Positions 61,638-64,000 of a stretch of 64,000 bases of DNA are shown here, piece after piece (position 1 is the stretch's first letter; every line of letters begins with the position of its first letter). The notes below the pieces were generated by a model. That model ran no database searches and was not told the origin of the DNA. It was given only the letters and a program-made list of their open reading frames with translations. The stretch covers positions 1,017-65,016 of the forward strand of contig CAZKCI010000013.1 in the NCBI GenBank assembly GCA_964551475.1, given 5' to 3'. The stretch is from an uncultured bacterium (lineage in GTDB: Bacteria > Auribacterota > Erginobacteria > Erginobacterales > CAZKCI01). Made by a program: the position numbers and the translations under genes.

Positions 61638-63205
61638 CGACAAGCATCCGCCGAATGCGTTTCCGGATGGTCGCCCCGTCCTACCCCGCTTTTAACATCT
61701 ATTCGAACATCGCCCGGGTGACCACCGCCCTGGGACCGGTCTCGGTGGCCACGGCCGTCCACGCGATGGGCGGTTGGGACGTCGAGGTAATCGACGAGAA
61801 CAACTACCGCTCGCTCGGCCCCCGCGACCGTCGGGGGCTGCCCGATCACGCCACACTGCAGGCCATCCGGCCGGCGGCTGTCATCGGCCTCTACGGCGGC
61901 CTGAGCAGCACCATCCCGAGGCTCTACGAGATCGCCCGTTTCTACCAGGAGCAGGGGACGGTCACGATCGCGGGGGGGCAGCATTTCGTCGGCGCCAATA
62001 TCCGGGACGGGCTCACGCACGGGATCGACTACGTGGTCTTCGGGGAAGGGGAGGACGCCATCCGGGAGCTGCTGGCGGCGATCCGGGAAGGGCGCGGCGC
62101 CGAGGCGGTCCCCGGCGTCGCTTTTTTCAAGAACGGGGAGGTAATCCGGACCCGCGAGCGCCCCCCCATCACCGATTTCGAACGACTGCCCCTGCCCGAC
62201 TTCAACCTGGTGCGCTACGCGAAAATCAAACTCTACCCGATCGCCTGGATTCGCGGCTGCGCCATGAACTGCGAGTTCTGCACGGTGAAGGGGACGCCGC
62301 GCCCCTCGTCGGTCGAACGGGTGGTCGAGCAGATCGCCTCGGCCCTGGAAACCCACAACGCCCGGTCTTTCTTCATTGTCGACGATCTGTTCGGGAACCG
62401 GCGGGAGGACGCGCTGCGCCTCTGCCGCCTGCTGGCCGACTATCAGAAGGCCGTCGGGGTCAGGCTGAGCATCACCGTGCAGATCCGCCTGGACCGGGCC
62501 CGGGACGCGGAGCTCCTCCAGGCTATGCGCGAGGCGTGCATCAACAACGTCTGCATCGGCTTCGAGTCGCCGATTGCCGAGGAGCTCATGGCCATGGACA
62601 AGAAGGTCAGGCCGGAGGAGATGGTGGCCCTGACCCGCCTGTATCATCAAGCCGGATTCCTGGTGCACGGCATGTTTATCTTCGGCTACCCGCTGCCCCC
62701 GGGCATCCGCCTGGAACTGCCGCTCCGGGAGCGCATCCGGCGCTTTCGCTCGTTCATCCGGAAGGCCGGGATCGACACCATCCAGGTTCTCCTCCCCGTC
62801 CCCCTTCCCGGGACGGAGATGACCGCCCGCCTGGCCGCCCGGGACCGGATCTTTCCGACCGACTGCGTCGGCTGGGAGTATTACGACGGCAACTTTCCCC
62901 TCTTCCAGCCGGACGCGCCGCTCAGCCCGCAGGACATGCAGTTCGCCATCCGGCGGATCATGGGCCGCTTCTACCGATTCCGCTCCATGTTCAACATCGC
63001 CCGGAACGTGCTCATCTTCCCGGCCATGATCTTCTCCATTTTCAACATCAAGTTCGGCTGGCGGAAGTGGTATCGGGCCTGGCGGAACGACCTCATCCGC
63101 TTCGGCGGCTGGATGATCCTGCGCCGCTGGACCGCCGATTTCAAGAAAGGCTCTTTTTCAGCCCAGCTCTCCCGCGCCCTGCGCAATCGCACCGGCGCCC
63201 AATAG
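61634..63205 (+). CDS. B12-binding domain radical SAM enzyme with hydrophobic C-terminal extension
   Basis: N-terminal cobalamin-binding fold; CAMNCEFC (CxxxCxxC); start overlaps the previous stop (ATGA). Confidence 0.85.
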   Translation: MTTSIRRMRFRMVAPSYPAFNIYSNIARVTTALGPVSVATAVHAMGGWDVEVIDENNYRSLGPRDRRGLPDHATLQAIRPAAVIGLYGGLSSTIPRLYEIARFYQEQGTVTIAGGQHFVGANIRDGLTHGIDYVVFGEGEDAIRELLAAIREGRGAEAVPGVAFFKNGEVIRTRERPPITDFERLPLPDFNLVRYAKIKLYPIAWIRGCAMNCEFCTVKGTPRPSSVERVVEQIASALETHNARSFFIVDDLFGNRREDALRLCRLLADYQKAVGVRLSITVQIRLDRARDAELLQAMREACINNVCIGFESPIAEELMAMDKKVRPEEMVALTRLYHQAGFLVHGMFIFGYPLPPGIRLELPLRERIRRFRSFIRKAGIDTIQVLLPVPLPGTEMTARLAARDRIFPTDCVGWEYYDGNFPLFQPDAPLSPQDMQFAIRRIMGRFYRFRSMFNIARNVLIFPAMIFSIFNIKFGWRKWYRAWRNDLIRFGGWMILRRWTADFKKGSFSAQLSRALRNRTGAQ

Positions 63206-63213
63206 GAGCAACA

Positions 63214-63268
63214 GGAGGGACGGTGTCAAATTGTCAAATTGAACTTAACAATTTGACACCGTCCCTCC
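63214..63268. terminator. perfect 20-bp-stem hairpin (GGAGGGACGGTGTCAAATTG - 15 nt loop - CAATTTGACACCGTCCCTCC) between convergent genes
   Basis: Exact inverted repeat read from the sequence; between the radical SAM stop (63205) and the trpA stop (63275). Confidence 0.55.
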
Positions 63269-63274
63269 TCCGAC

Positions 63275-64000
63275 TCATCCAAGGAGTCGGTCGAGAAGAG
63301 ATAGGACCTTGCGCATGCCCGCCCGGACTGTCCGCTCCTCCAGGAAGGGGCGGATCAGGGCGGATCCCACGATCACGCCATCGGCGATAAGGCCGATCTC
63401 TTCAACCTGCCGCCGGCTCGAGACGCCGAAGCCGACACAGACGGGGAGATCAGACGCATTTTTGATCTCCCGCACCTTGGCCGCGAGCCCCCCGGCCAGG
63501 TCCTTTCTCTCACCCGTGACACCGGCGCGAGAGACGTAATAGATGAACCCCTTTCCCGTCCGCGCCACCGTCCGGATCCGTTCCGGGGGACTGGTCGGCG
63601 CGAGCAGGAAGATGGGGTAGACACCGCGCCGGCGGAGCGCGGCGCCGAGAGATCCGCCTTCCTCCGGAGGGAGGTCGGGTATGATGACGCCGTCGATCTC
63701 CGCCTGGGCCAGCTCGCCGGCCAGGCGCTGGCCCCGGCTCAGGAAGGGGTTCAGATAGCCCATCAGGACGAGGGGGAGGTCGGAGTTTTCGCGGACGCGG
63801 CGGGCGAGGTGGAGGGCGTCGGAGAAGGTCGTCCCCCGTTCCAGGGCCGCCTGGGAGGAGGCCTGGATCGTCGGGCCGTCGGCGATCGGGTCGGAGAAGG
63901 GGACGCCGAGTTCCACCAGGCTCACACCCCGTTTCACCATCTCCCGGATCAGGCGGAAATTGGTATCGAGATCGGGAAAGCCGACGGTGAGGTAGGCGAT
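63275..64000 (-). CDS. trpA: tryptophan synthase alpha subunit (5' end beyond window)
   Basis: GVPFSDPIADGPTIQ and GYLNP motifs; the reading frame continues upstream past nt 64000 with TrpA-like sequence (IAYLTVGFPDLDTNFRLIRE). Confidence 0.85.
   Translation of the reverse strand: MAYLTVGFPDLDTNFRLIREMVKRGVSLVELGVPFSDPIADGPTIQASSQAALERGTTFSDALHLARRVRENSDLPLVLMGYLNPFLSRGQRLAGELAQAEIDGVIIPDLPPEEGGSLGAALRRRGVYPIFLLAPTSPPERIRTVARTGKGFIYYVSRAGVTGERKDLAGGLAAKVREIKNASDLPVCVGFGVSSRRQVEEIGLIADGVIVGSALIRPFLEERTVRAGMRKVLSLLDRLLG

Overview
This window is a high-GC (roughly 65-70%) bacterial chromosomal segment. It contains dnaA at 22788-24128 with upstream DnaA boxes, so it is probably the oriC region. 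No rRNA, tRNA or CRISPR arrays were seen. The left 18 kb (1-17.9 kb) is compositionally distinct: about 45-50% GC at 1-4.6 kb and 16.4-17.2 kb, about 57-60% over the two giant genes. It looks like a horizontally acquired island carried on the minus strand. It holds a small FimB/FimE-sized tyrosine recombinase. Next comes a 2163-aa Sec-secreted mosaic surface protein with beta-helix, FG-GAP-like repeats, Tsp3-like Ca-binding repeats, four lamin-tail domains and a TIG domain. Coupled 6 nt downstream is a 2046-aa Sec-signal RHS/YD-repeat polymorphic toxin with an SpvB-like N-terminus, an RHS core ending in DPLGL, and an unrecognised low-GC 250-aa C-terminal tip. After it come a lipoprotein candidate immunity gene and further low-GC orphan genes. 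The island abuts a 5'-truncated comEC. The rest of the window encodes, in order: a secreted PLD-family HKD protein; an orphan hypF C-terminal domain plus hypC; a MazG-like protein; dnaA; an M28 peptidase; a minus-strand ars-like operon (arsR, Cys-rich membrane protein, ccdA, arsM, ACR3 remnant, Cx2Cx4Cx16C Fe-S protein, 4-TM protein); a signalling cluster (double pseudo-receiver, MscS-FHA fusion, Hanks kinase with TPR); a three-subunit xanthine dehydrogenase/CODH-family molybdoenzyme; a metallophosphoesterase; an M29 aminopeptidase; a DEAD-box helicase; a PAS-hybrid histidine kinase and CheY-like receivers; a 2-hydroxyacid dehydrogenase; a LysM-amidase; two tandem XRE-cupin paralogs; a REC-HK; a DUF362-ferredoxin; NfeD-flotillin; a large CarbopepD_reg/PDZ protein; a beta-helix secreted protein; a PfkB kinase; an FG-GAP/DUF1566 protein overlapping a B12-binding radical SAM enzyme; and trpA (partial). 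Intergenic DNA is unusually structured. A roughly 60-bp REP-like palindromic element (GTGGGAGGGGCGTC...GACGCCGCTCCCAC) occurs at five or six loci, often next to TGATCAGT arrays. Several heptamer-based inverted or tandem repeat blocks and long hairpins sit between genes. A perfect 32-bp palindrome lies in a divergent promoter. All calls come from reading the sequence and ORF translations by eye; no database searches were run.
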